From: Candidatus Omnitrophota bacterium
GTDB lineage: Bacteria > Omnitrophota > Gorgyraeia > JAFGHF01
Length of the DNA: 64,000 nucleotides
Direction of reading: 5' to 3'
Assembly (NCBI GenBank): GCA_020341815.1
Contig: CP070837.1
Span: 1,044,575 to 1,108,574, forward strand
The translations under genes and the position numbers were made by a program. The notes beneath the pieces were generated by a model. That model did no database searches and was not told the DNA's origin. It saw only the letters and a list, made by a program, of their open reading frames with translations. Below, piece by piece: positions 29,269-37,559 of the stretch (positions are counted from its first letter, which is position 1; each line of letters begins with the position of its first letter).

Positions 29269-29993
29269 TACTTTTCTCCTCGATTATTTTTTCCATTCAA
29301 GCCTAAAACTTTCCTTATTTTATTCAGGCTTTCTGTCTTTATTATGGCAATCAAGATATCTCCCTGTTCAACCTTATCTTTTAAGCGAGGGATAAAAAGC
29401 TCTTTGCTCCGGCTCTGCTCGGCATGAGTGGGGAAATTATGCGTTGGCCCGATTGCCTTCTTTTTTATAACGGCCGTTATTATCAGTTCTCCCGGTAAAT
29501 TCAATTCTTCAATTGCTTTACCTGCAATGTTGCTGCTTACCTCAATCTCTATTGCGTCAAGGCGGCTATCTTCAAGAAGAAGACTGCTGGATCTGCCCTC
29601 AAGAAGCTTATTTCTAATTACAGAGGCTAAAAGCGTAGTGCTGTTAACTACATCAATGCCCAATTCCTGATAAATATGCGTATACTGGATGTCATTAATC
29701 CTGGTGATAACCTTGGGGATATGGAAGATCTTTTTGGCTACCTGCCCGGACATAATATTGGCATTATCATTGTCGGTAACGGTGCAAAAAGCGTTGGCCT
29801 GCTCGACACCGGCTTCCTTAAGCAAATCCACATCGAAACCGTCACCCGTCAAAGTCACACCGTTAAAATCGGCTCCCAGGCGCTGAAAGGAATTTACATC
29901 CTTGTCCACAACGACCACATTATGCCCTGCGTCTGCAAGAAGCCGGGCAAGCTCGCTGCCGACCCTACCGCATCCGATAATAATGATATACAT
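29268..29993 (-). CDS. second TrkA-family NAD-binding protein
   Basis: MYIIIIGCGRVGSELA Rossmann motif plus TrkA-C-like C-terminus. Confidence 0.8.
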   Translation of the reverse strand: MYIIIIGCGRVGSELARLLADAGHNVVVVDKDVNSFQRLGADFNGVTLTGDGFDVDLLKEAGVEQANAFCTVTDNDNANIMSGQVAKKIFHIPKVITRINDIQYTHIYQELGIDVVNSTTLLASVIRNKLLEGRSSSLLLEDSRLDAIEIEVSSNIAGKAIEELNLPGELIITAVIKKKAIGPTHNFPTHAEQSRSKELFIPRLKDKVEQGDILIAIIKTESLNKIRKVLGLNGKNNRGEK

Positions 29994-29995
29994 TT

Positions 29996-30349
29996 TTATC
30001 CCTTCATTACTGTTTCAACAACGTAATCAAAGGCCGCCTTATCGTTAACCGCCAGATCGGCCAAAACCTTCCTGTTCAGATTGACTTTTGCTTTTTTCAA
30101 TCCGGCGATAAATTTATTGTAAGAAAGGCCCTTTTCTTTCAAGCGGGCATTTATCCGGGCAATCCAGAGACTGCGCATATCTCTTTTCTTGACCTTTCTA
30201 TCCCGGTAGCTGTAAGCAAGACTGCGTCTTAACGTCTCCTTGGCTGTGCGCAAAAGCTTGCTGCGTCCGCCGCGGGCGCCCTTGACCTTTTTAAAAAGTC
30301 TTTTCTTTTTCCTTCTTCTCGCTGGTGCATATTTTACTCGAACCATCAC
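29996..30349 (-). CDS. rplT: 50S ribosomal protein L20
   Basis: MVRVKYAPARRRKKKRLFK ... characteristic L20 sequence. Confidence 0.9.
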   Translation of the reverse strand: MMVRVKYAPARRRKKKRLFKKVKGARGGRSKLLRTAKETLRRSLAYSYRDRKVKKRDMRSLWIARINARLKEKGLSYNKFIAGLKKAKVNLNRKVLADLAVNDKAAFDYVVETVMKG

Positions 30350-30355
30350 TCCTCC

Positions 30356-30550
30356 TTAATATGACAATAACGCCTTGATTGCTTTTTTATCGGTTGTGGA
30401 AACTAAGCCTGCTTTCCTCAACTGCCTTTTTCTCTTCCTTGATTTTTTGGCCAATAAATGGCCGCGGCCTGCACGCTGCCTCTTGAGCTTGCCTTTTTTG
30501 GTAAGTCTGAATCTTTTGGCTAGACCTTTTTTGGTTTTAATTTTAGGCAT
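30356..30550 (-). CDS. rpmI: 50S ribosomal protein L35 (start at internal MPKIKTKKG)
   Basis: [31 protein letters not shown] matches the L35 consensus. The track ORF is extended upstream. Confidence 0.85.
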   Translation of the reverse strand: MPKIKTKKGLAKRFRLTKKGKLKRQRAGRGHLLAKKSRKRKRQLRKAGLVSTTDKKAIKALLSY

Positions 30551-30569
30551 TGATACTCCTCTCTGATGT

Positions 30570-31076
30570 TTATTTGGGCGCAAAGACCGTATTGATAAAC
30601 CGGCCTTCGGTAATCGGACCACGCTCAACCTGGCCTACGCCGGCTATATCTTTAATAAACTTATCCACCAGGCGCCTGCCCATCTCCTGATGGGCCATTT
30701 CCCGGCCGCGGAATCTTAAAGTAACTTTAACTTTATCTCCCCGGCTCAGGAAACGCTCGGTATGCTTAAGTTTTACCTGGTAATCATGCTCCTCAATCTT
30801 TGGCCCTAATTTTATTTCCTTCACGCGTATCTTTTTCTGATGCTTTTTGGCCAGCTTTTCTTTTTTCTCCTGTTCATATTTATATTTGCTGTAATCCATA
30901 ATGCGGCAGACCGAAGGCTTGGCCTGAGGGGCAACTTCCACCAAATCCAATCCGTCTTCTTGCGCCTGCCTTAGGCCTTCTTCAACAGAAGTAACCCCCA
31001 ATTGTTCGCCGTTTTTACCGATAAGCCTAATTTTATCGGCCCTGATTCTGTTATTTGTTCTAGCATGCTTAAAAAT
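30570..31076 (-). CDS. infC: translation initiation factor IF-3, predicted AUU start codon
   Basis: Frame is open upstream of the track ORF start to a stop at 31083-31085. The N-terminus ...[24 protein letters not shown] matches IF3. The only plausible start is an ATT at 31074-31076, 9 nt after a GAGGGGGTGAAGG SD. infC is classically AUU-initiated. Confidence 0.8.
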   Translation of the reverse strand: MFKHARTNNRIRADKIRLIGKNGEQLGVTSVEEGLRQAQEDGLDLVEVAPQAKPSVCRIMDYSKYKYEQEKKEKLAKKHQKKIRVKEIKLGPKIEEHDYQVKLKHTERFLSRGDKVKVTLRFRGREMAHQEMGRRLVDKFIKDIAGVGQVERGPITEGRFINTVFAPK

Positions 31077-31139
31077 GTTCCTTCACCCCCTCATACAGTT
31101 CGTAGTTATGAGTTCGTTGTTCATTGACTCTGTTTTTGC

Positions 31140-32852
31140 TTAAATTTTTTGTTCGATTTCTTTTAAAACTCTTTTCACAAACTCATCAATATCCATTATG
31201 CCCTGTTCTCCTCCGGCACGGGTCCTTACCGCCAATTTTCTCTGGGCTGCCTCCCGCTCTCCGACAATCAACATATAAGGAATCTTCTCCATTTGGGCGG
31301 TACGGATGCGCTTCTGCATCAATTCCGAGCGACTATCTAACTGCACGCGAATCTGATGGTCTTTCAAAATCTGCTCTATTTCCCGGGCAAAGCCCTCTTG
31401 CTTATCGGTAATAGGAATAATCACAGCCTGAACAGGCGCCAGCCACAGGGGCATTGCCCCGGCGTAATTCTCAATGAGCGCGCCGATAAAGCGCTCAAGG
31501 CTGCCCAGGATTACCCGGTGCAGCATCACCGGCCGGTATTCCTTGCCGTCTTTTCCTATATAATTGAGGTCGAACCTTTCCGGAAGGGCAAAATCGCACT
31601 GAATAGTTGCGCACTGCCACAGGCGCCCCAGGGCGTCTTTCAATTTTATATCTATCTTCGGGCCGTAAAAGGCGCCCTCGCCTTCATTGATATCATATTT
31701 TATTCCCTTCGCCGATAATGCCTGTTTTAAGGCATCGGTTGCTTTCTGCCAGTCGTCTTCCGTGCCGATATATTTGTGCGGACGGGTGCTTAACTCAACG
31801 GAAAACTCAGAAAACCCAAAATCCTTTAATGCCTGCTGGACGAAATCTATTACTGCGCCTATCTCTTCATTTAATTGCTCAGGCAGGCAAAAGATATGGG
31901 CATCGTCCTGCGTAAAACCTCTGGCGCGCAAGAGCCCATGCAAGACGCCGGACTTTTCATGACGGTAAACAGTGCCCAATTCAAAATATCTTATCGGTAA
32001 ATCGCGCCAACTGCGCGTTGTCGACTTATAAATCAACATATGCCCCGGGCAATTCATCGGCTTGATGGCGTATTCCTGGCCCTCTATCTTGAAGATATAC
32101 ATACTCTTTTTATAATAGGCATAATGCCCGGAGCGAACCCAGATATCGCTCTTTAGAATATGGGGGCCGATAGCCAGCTGATAACCTCTTTTCAAATGCT
32201 CTTTTTTCTCATAATCCTCAATAATTGTGCGCAGCATTGCCCCTTTGGGATGATAAAGTATAAGCCCTGGGCCAATCCCTTCAGGAAAACTAAAGAAACC
32301 CAACCTTGGCCCTAAAATCCTGTGGTCGCGCTTTTTCCCCTCTTCTTTAAGATGTAAATAGGTATCCAGTTCCTTTTTGGTAAAGAAGCAGCTGCCATAG
32401 ATGCGTTGAAGCATGGGATTATTTTCATTGCCCCGCCAATAGGCCCCGGCCACAGAAAGCAATTTGAAAAATTTAATCTCGCCGCAGGAGGCAACGTGCG
32501 GCCCGCGGCAGAGGTCAACGAACTTTCCGCTGCGATAGACCGATACTTCTTTTTCGGTGATATCCTGAATGAGCTCTAACTTAAACGGCTCACGCAGCTT
32601 CTTAAAAAGCTTGCGTGCTTCAGCTTTAGTTAAGACCTCTTTTTTAAACTTATAATCCTTATTGATAATCTGCTGCATCTTTTTTTCGATTTTACTCAAA
32701 TCTTCCGGGGTAAAAGGTTTTTCCCGGGCAAAATCATAGTAAAAGCCGTCGGCGATTGCCGGGCCAATGCCCAATTTGGTCTGGGGATAAAGCTCCTTTA
32801 CCGCCGCCGCCAATACATGGCTACAACTATGTCTTAAGGTCTCTAAATCCAT
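31140..32852 (-). CDS. thrS: threonine--tRNA ligase (no N-terminal TGS extension)
   Basis: Class II motifs, editing-domain HxxxH pattern (SCSHVLAAAV), anticodon-binding C-terminus. Upstream of infC. Confidence 0.9.
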   Translation of the reverse strand: MDLETLRHSCSHVLAAAVKELYPQTKLGIGPAIADGFYYDFAREKPFTPEDLSKIEKKMQQIINKDYKFKKEVLTKAEARKLFKKLREPFKLELIQDITEKEVSVYRSGKFVDLCRGPHVASCGEIKFFKLLSVAGAYWRGNENNPMLQRIYGSCFFTKKELDTYLHLKEEGKKRDHRILGPRLGFFSFPEGIGPGLILYHPKGAMLRTIIEDYEKKEHLKRGYQLAIGPHILKSDIWVRSGHYAYYKKSMYIFKIEGQEYAIKPMNCPGHMLIYKSTTRSWRDLPIRYFELGTVYRHEKSGVLHGLLRARGFTQDDAHIFCLPEQLNEEIGAVIDFVQQALKDFGFSEFSVELSTRPHKYIGTEDDWQKATDALKQALSAKGIKYDINEGEGAFYGPKIDIKLKDALGRLWQCATIQCDFALPERFDLNYIGKDGKEYRPVMLHRVILGSLERFIGALIENYAGAMPLWLAPVQAVIIPITDKQEGFAREIEQILKDHQIRVQLDSRSELMQKRIRTAQMEKIPYMLIVGEREAAQRKLAVRTRAGGEQGIMDIDEFVKRVLKEIEQKI

Positions 32853-32921
32853 TTTAGTTTAATGGTGGGCCGCCAACAATAATCTGGCGAGCCTCACCAG
32901 TAATTTTTCTTTGAAAATTAC

Positions 32922-32998
32922 TGGTGGGCGGTACAGGATTCGAACCTGTGACCTTTTGCATGTCAAGCAAACGCGCTAACCAACTGCGCCAACCGCCC
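32922..32998 (-). tRNA. tRNA-Val (anticodon GAC)
   Basis: Reverse complement GGGCGGTTGGCGCAGTTGGTTAGCGCGTTTGCTTGACATGCAAAAGGTCACAGGTTCGAATCCTGTACCGCCCACCA folds as a cloverleaf with loop TTGACAT. Confidence 0.85.
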
Positions 32999-33006
32999 TA
33001 TTGTTC

Positions 33007-33094
33007 TGGTGCCGAGAGTGGGAGTCGAACCCACACGGAGCTAAGCTCCAATGGATTTTAAGTCCATATCGTCTACCAGTTCCGACATCTCGGC
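33007..33094 (-). tRNA. tRNA-Leu (anticodon TAA), type II
   Basis: Acceptor GCCGAGA/TCTCGGC, anticodon stem ATGGA/TCCAT with loop CTTAAAA, long variable arm, T-arm GTGGG-TTCGACT-CCCAC, CCA encoded. Confidence 0.85.
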
Positions 33095-33096
33095 AA

Positions 33097-33771
33097 TCAA
33101 TTATTTTCACCAAAAACAGTTTTACTCTTCTGCCAACCTCTATAAGAAACGATGCATTCCTGAGCTAATTTCATTTTTCTTTTTAACCCAAGAGCATGTT
33201 TATAATAACATTTTTTCGCAATCTCTCTCGCTGCCATCTTACCATATTTTAATACCCATTTAGTTTTAGTAGTACGTTCTTTGTGAATTTTACCATGAAC
33301 TCTTAATAGTAATGTTATCGCACCATCTAACCATTTGACAAATTTTTCGGAACCAGAATAGATCCTTAAGCTCCATTGTTCTCTATTATTAGTTGGGTGT
33401 ATCCATCGACGTATAGAACCATCGCCATCGATTAAACCTCTTAAAAAATCAATAAAGTGTTGGTTGGGTACTTCTATTGCACCCAAAGTTAATGATTTAT
33501 TTTGCGTGAGCCCAATAGATAATAGAAAATCATAGAATCTAACATTCGAAAATTGAATTTGATAAGCTTGATTAATTTTATTTTTATTTTTAGTACCGAC
33601 CTTATTAATCAATCCAAGTGTATTTTTAAGTTCTTTAAGAAATATAAAATCCTTTGAAGTAATATTTATATGCCTTCCATCGCAACTTAAACTTCCATCG
33701 CTGGTAATTAACCCCACTAAATACCAAAGATTTGTTCCTTTGATTTTTAAATCTTTTCGTTTATGTGGCAT
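33097..33771 (-). CDS. free-standing double-motif LAGLIDADG homing endonuclease
   Basis: Two LAGLIDADG motifs, LVGLITSDGSL and LRGLIDGDGSI, about 100 aa apart. AT-rich. Bounded by intact tRNA genes 3 and 9 nt away. Confidence 0.8.
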   Translation of the reverse strand: MPHKRKDLKIKGTNLWYLVGLITSDGSLSCDGRHINITSKDFIFLKELKNTLGLINKVGTKNKNKINQAYQIQFSNVRFYDFLLSIGLTQNKSLTLGAIEVPNQHFIDFLRGLIDGDGSIRRWIHPTNNREQWSLRIYSGSEKFVKWLDGAITLLLRVHGKIHKERTTKTKWVLKYGKMAAREIAKKCYYKHALGLKRKMKLAQECIVSYRGWQKSKTVFGENN

Positions 33772-33780
33772 TTATCAATC

Positions 33781-33855
33781 TGGAGGCGGCTGTCGGATTC
33801 GAACCGACGAATAAGGGTTTTGCAGACCCCCGCCTTCCCACTTGGCTAAGCCGCC
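33781..33855 (-). tRNA. tRNA-Cys (anticodon GCA)
   Basis: Acceptor GGCGGCT/AGCCGCC, discriminator U, anticodon stem GGGGT/ACCCT with loop CTGCAAA, T-arm GTCGG-TTCGAAT-CCGAC. Confidence 0.8.
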
Positions 33856-34496
33856 CTTTCTATTCTCTCAAGCAAAACTCTGGAAAGATGCGTTTTGGTT
33901 TTTGCTTTTATTTCCTGCTTATATCCGTTGCTATCGGCAAGCAGAACATCGATGCCTTTTTTCCCGAAGGGAAGTTTATTTATTTTCATCTGCGTTGCCA
34001 CAATCAAATCCAGATTTTTCTCTTTTAATTTATCCTGCGCATTTTTCTGCAGGTTTTCTGTTTCCAGGGCAAAGCCGACCAGCATCTTCTTCCCTTTTTT
34101 ACCGCCGAGGCTCTTCAAGATATCGGGATTCTGCTTTAATTTCAGCTCTATTTCCTTTTTATTGCCTCTTTTGATTTTCTTCTTCGCTGTTTTCTTGACA
34201 TAGAAATCACAAACAGCCGCTGTCATTATCAGGCAATCGCACCAGCCAAATACTTTCTCAAGCTCTTTTTTCATCTGGCGCGCCGTAACTACATCTATCA
34301 AGCGCACGCCTTGCGGCCTCAATAATGAAGTCGGCCCGCTAATCAGAATGACCCGATGTCCTCTTTTTACGGCTTCTTTTGCGATTTCATAACCAAGAAA
34401 GCCCGTAGAATAATTAGAGATAAATCGCACCGGATCTATAGGCTCACGCGTCGGCCCGGCAGTTATCAGGATATTGAGCCTTTTTTTTAGCTTCAC
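33846..34496 (-). CDS. coaB: phosphopantothenate--cysteine ligase (stand-alone CoaB domain)
   Basis: ILITAGPTREPIDPVRFISNYSTG motif of Dfp C-terminal (CoaB) domains. The last 3 codons overlap the tRNA-Cys 5' end. Confidence 0.8.
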   Translation of the reverse strand: MKLKKRLNILITAGPTREPIDPVRFISNYSTGFLGYEIAKEAVKRGHRVILISGPTSLLRPQGVRLIDVVTARQMKKELEKVFGWCDCLIMTAAVCDFYVKKTAKKKIKRGNKKEIELKLKQNPDILKSLGGKKGKKMLVGFALETENLQKNAQDKLKEKNLDLIVATQMKINKLPFGKKGIDVLLADSNGYKQEIKAKTKTHLSRVLLERIERAA

Positions 34497-35035
34497 TTTA
34501 AGTTCTTTATCGCTTCTTTGACTATCTCAGCTACATCGGCAAGATGCCCCATTCCCCTGCCGCCGCAAACTAAATGCCCCACTTTAGGACCGACAAAACG
34601 ATAGCCCAGCTTCTTCAAGCGAGCGATATTCTCCGATGTTATTTTATGCTTGAACATCTTCTCGTTCATCGCACAAGCGATTACTACCGGCGCGCGCGTA
34701 GAAAGCGCAAGGCATGTTAATGCATCATCCGCAATGCCGCAGGCAAGCTTTGCCACTACATTCGCCGTGGCCGGGGCAATCAACACCAAGTCCGCCTTTT
34801 CCGCCAGAGAGATATGCGCCGGGCTCGCGTGCTCTGCGGGCGTAAATAAATCGCAGATTACCTTATTTGCACTTAAGGCCTGAAGCGCAAGAGGCGTAAT
34901 AAACTCCTGAGCCTCTTTTGTCATTACTACGGTGACATTGATATGGCGCTTCCTTAAGCCATTGATTATCTCGCAAGCCTTATAGGCGGCAATACTGCCG
35001 GTTACTCCTAATATCACTTCTTTCTGTCTGGGCAT
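34493..35035 (-). CDS. coaC: phosphopantothenoylcysteine decarboxylase (stand-alone CoaC flavoprotein)
   Basis: ILGVTGSIAAYKA flavoprotein motif. 4-nt overlap with coaB. Confidence 0.8.
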   Translation of the reverse strand: MPRQKEVILGVTGSIAAYKACEIINGLRKRHINVTVVMTKEAQEFITPLALQALSANKVICDLFTPAEHASPAHISLAEKADLVLIAPATANVVAKLACGIADDALTCLALSTRAPVVIACAMNEKMFKHKITSENIARLKKLGYRFVGPKVGHLVCGGRGMGHLADVAEIVKEAIKNLK

Positions 35036-35037
35036 TT

Positions 35038-35235
35038 TTATTTCTTCGCCGTCTCAAGCTTAACCTTGCCTTCAGCAATTTCTTTTAAGGCAACGCTGGA
35101 AATCTTCTCGCTATCGGATTCCACCAATTTAGGGGCGCCGGCATTAAGCTGTGCGGCGCGCCTGGAAGCTAAGGCCACCAATTTATAGATACTATTTGTC
35201 TTGCTTAATAAATCCTGAACCGGAACATAGGACAT
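35038..35235 (-). CDS. rpoZ: DNA-directed RNA polymerase subunit omega
   Basis: 65 aa. KLVALASRRAAQL motif. Position after gmk. Confidence 0.8.
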   Translation of the reverse strand: MSYVPVQDLLSKTNSIYKLVALASRRAAQLNAGAPKLVESDSEKISSVALKEIAEGKVKLETAKK

Positions 35236-35237
35236 TT

Positions 35238-35819
35238 TTATTTCTTCTTCCTTTCTTGCCGAATAATCTCTTTTAGTTGTTTAAGGGCTCTGGCGATTTC
35301 ATCATTCAAAACCGCGTAGTTGTATTTCCTTACAAAACGCATCTCGTGCCTGGCAAATTTCAGACGTCGGGCGATCTCTGCCTTGCTTTCCGTTGATCTT
35401 CGCCTGAGGCGTCCCTCCAATACCTTAAAAGAAGGCGGAAGGATAAAGATAAGCACAGCATCGCGCTTTTTGCGCTTAATCTTCATCGCCCCCTGCACAT
35501 CGATATTTAAAAGAACATCGTCTCCGCGCCCGGTGTGCTTCTCTATAAAATCACAGGGTGTGCCGTAGTAATTATTCAACACTCTGGCCCACTCCAGAAA
35601 CTCCTGCCTGTTTCTCCTCTTTATAAATTCTCTCGGAGAAACAAAAAAGTAATCCCTGCCTTCACGCTCTTTACCCCGGCGCCTGCGCGTAGTTACAGAA
35701 ATCGAACGCACCAGTTTTCTTTTGCCTCGCAGGCTGCGGATAAGCTCACGGCAAAGAGTAGTTTTACCTGAACCGGAAGGCGCAGATACTACAAAAAGCT
35801 TACCCCTTTTTTTGCCCAT
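35238..35819 (-). CDS. gmk: guanylate kinase
   Basis: P-loop SAPSGSGKTTL and GMP-binding region. Confidence 0.9.
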   Translation of the reverse strand: MGKKRGKLFVVSAPSGSGKTTLCRELIRSLRGKRKLVRSISVTTRRRRGKEREGRDYFFVSPREFIKRRNRQEFLEWARVLNNYYGTPCDFIEKHTGRGDDVLLNIDVQGAMKIKRKKRDAVLIFILPPSFKVLEGRLRRRSTESKAEIARRLKFARHEMRFVRKYNYAVLNDEIARALKQLKEIIRQERKKK

Positions 35820-35828
35820 GCTAATTAA

Positions 35829-36068
35829 TTAGCCCGCTTCTTCAATACGCTGGGTGAGGGTCTGCGGCTGAATAGCCGAAAGAAATACATGCCCGCTATC
35901 GGTAACCACTATTGCCCTTGTGCGACGGCCGTTGGTTACATCTATGAGCCTGTGATTTTTCCGTGCTTCCTCTCTCAGCCGCTTCATCGGAGCAGCCGTT
36001 GCATTGGCAACCGCCACTATGCGATGAGCCGCCACTCCATTATCAAACCCCAAACTAATTACTTTCAT
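35829..36068 (-). CDS. DUF370 (RemA/YlzA-like) protein
   Basis: 79 aa. Conserved position between yicC and gmk, as in the Bacillus yloC-ylzA-gmk arrangement. Confidence 0.7.
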   Translation of the reverse strand: MKVISLGFDNGVAAHRIVAVANATAAPMKRLREEARKNHRLIDVTNGRRTRAIVVTDSGHVFLSAIQPQTLTQRIEEAG

Positions 36069-36943
36069 TCTACGTTCTGCAATTGTTCGCGCATCTTTTC
36101 AATCTGGCTTTTAATCTTGATTACCCATCGCGAGATACGAAAATCGCTGGCCTTGGCACCGATAGTATTGGCCTCGCGAAATAACTCCTGGGCAATGAAG
36201 TCCAGTTCCTTGCCTGCCTCTTTTTGATTGCGCAGGGCCGTACGAAATGCCTTAAGGTGACTCTTAATACGTGTAACCTCTTCGCTGACATCGCTATTAC
36301 GCACAAATAAGGCCACCTCTTCTGCCACTCTGTCGTGATTGGGTTTTTTTATTCCGGAAAAGCTCCTTAATTTCCGGAAAAGCTCTTTTCTATATTTTTC
36401 GATTGCCTTAGGCAATTGGCTCTCAATATTTCCCAGATAATACCGAATTCGTCTGAGCCTTTTCAATAAATCACGTAATAGTCTTTTTCCTTCGGCCTGG
36501 CGCATCTGATCTAATTTATACAAGGCGCGCTCTATTGCCTTTTTAAGAAAAGGCCAAAGCTGGGCTGTTTTTTCTTTCTTCTGCTCATAAGTAATCACTT
36601 CCGGCAAAGAGATGATTTGACTTAACCCCAAATCATCTTTTAATTTCAATTCCCTTTTTAATTTCAAAAGCTCGTGATGATATCTCCTGGCTAAATGCAA
36701 ATCCAGCGAAAATAGGCTTTGCGCCTTTTCCTTGCTTTCCCATGTCACAAATAGATTGATTCTGCCTCTTCTGATTTTCTTTTTGACATAATCCCGCACT
36801 TTGTCATCAAAAATCGAAAGATGGTTAGGCAGGCGGCTGACAATATCGAAATATTTATGGTTTAAACTGCGCATCTCCACTGTAATTGTGCCCACCCGGC
36901 TCACCAGTCGCCCCTTGCCGTAACCGGTCATACTCTTTATCAT
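36065..36943 (-). CDS. yicC: YicC family stress-induced protein
   Basis: MIKSMTGYGKG N-terminus and ~290 aa length typical of YicC/YloC. Confidence 0.8.
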   Translation of the reverse strand: MIKSMTGYGKGRLVSRVGTITVEMRSLNHKYFDIVSRLPNHLSIFDDKVRDYVKKKIRRGRINLFVTWESKEKAQSLFSLDLHLARRYHHELLKLKRELKLKDDLGLSQIISLPEVITYEQKKEKTAQLWPFLKKAIERALYKLDQMRQAEGKRLLRDLLKRLRRIRYYLGNIESQLPKAIEKYRKELFRKLRSFSGIKKPNHDRVAEEVALFVRNSDVSEEVTRIKSHLKAFRTALRNQKEAGKELDFIAQELFREANTIGAKASDFRISRWVIKIKSQIEKMREQLQNVE

Positions 36944-36960
36944 AAAGAATTCTCTCTTTC

Positions 36961-37464
36961 TTATGTCCAGACCTTTTGCTTGGTCTTATTTACCTCAATA
37001 GTCTTGGTTGGATACAAATCGACAATGATTTCCTCAGGCTTAAACCAGAGCTTGATCTCTCTTTCGGCCTCCCCTTTATCCCGTGAGGTATGGATTACGT
37101 TTTCGTAAACCCCCTTAGTGGTAATCCGCCCGTAGGCCCCGCGTATGGAAACCGGATCGGCCTCTTCGGGATTGGTCAGGCCTGCCAATTGGCGCACTTT
37201 ATTAATAGCGTCTTCCCCCCAATACACCATAGCCATTACCTTGCGCCTTTGATGCAATTCCCCGCGAATATATCTAATCAATTCTTCAAAAAACGGTTTG
37301 TCTTTCATGTGGCTATAGTGCTCCTGGGCTAACTCACGGGTCACCCGGGTTATCTTGGCCGCAACAATTTCCAGCTTGGTTTCCGAAAGCCGGGTCAAAA
37401 TGTTGCCCGTAAGCGACTTTTTCAGGCCATCCGGTTTAATCAATACTAATGTCTGCTCTACCAT
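36961..37464 (-). CDS. ndk: nucleoside diphosphate kinase
   Basis: ERTLVLIKPDG-like N-terminus and NxxHGSD-like active-site region (NVIHTS). Confidence 0.8.
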   Translation of the reverse strand: MVEQTLVLIKPDGLKKSLTGNILTRLSETKLEIVAAKITRVTRELAQEHYSHMKDKPFFEELIRYIRGELHQRRKVMAMVYWGEDAINKVRQLAGLTNPEEADPVSIRGAYGRITTKGVYENVIHTSRDKGEAEREIKLWFKPEEIIVDLYPTKTIEVNKTKQKVWT

Positions 37465-37559
37465 TTTATCCTTCTTTCATAAAAATTTGACTTCGTATGC
37501 TTTCCCTAACTTATTGATTTTAAAATGTTAACACTGTAAAGAAATGTTTACTAAAGAAA

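Noticed and set aside
33007-33094. Possibility that tRNA-Leu(UAA) carries the classic group I intron housing the adjacent LAGLIDADG ORF
   Set aside because: The tRNA is continuous, with an intact anticodon loop CTTAAAA. The LAGLIDADG ORF lies wholly outside it with only 3 nt between them.
33765-34203. Three overlapping plus-strand ORFs (87-110 aa)
   Set aside because: Antisense to coaB and overlapping tRNA-Cys. Lys/Phe-rich low-complexity translations of an AT-rich antisense strand.
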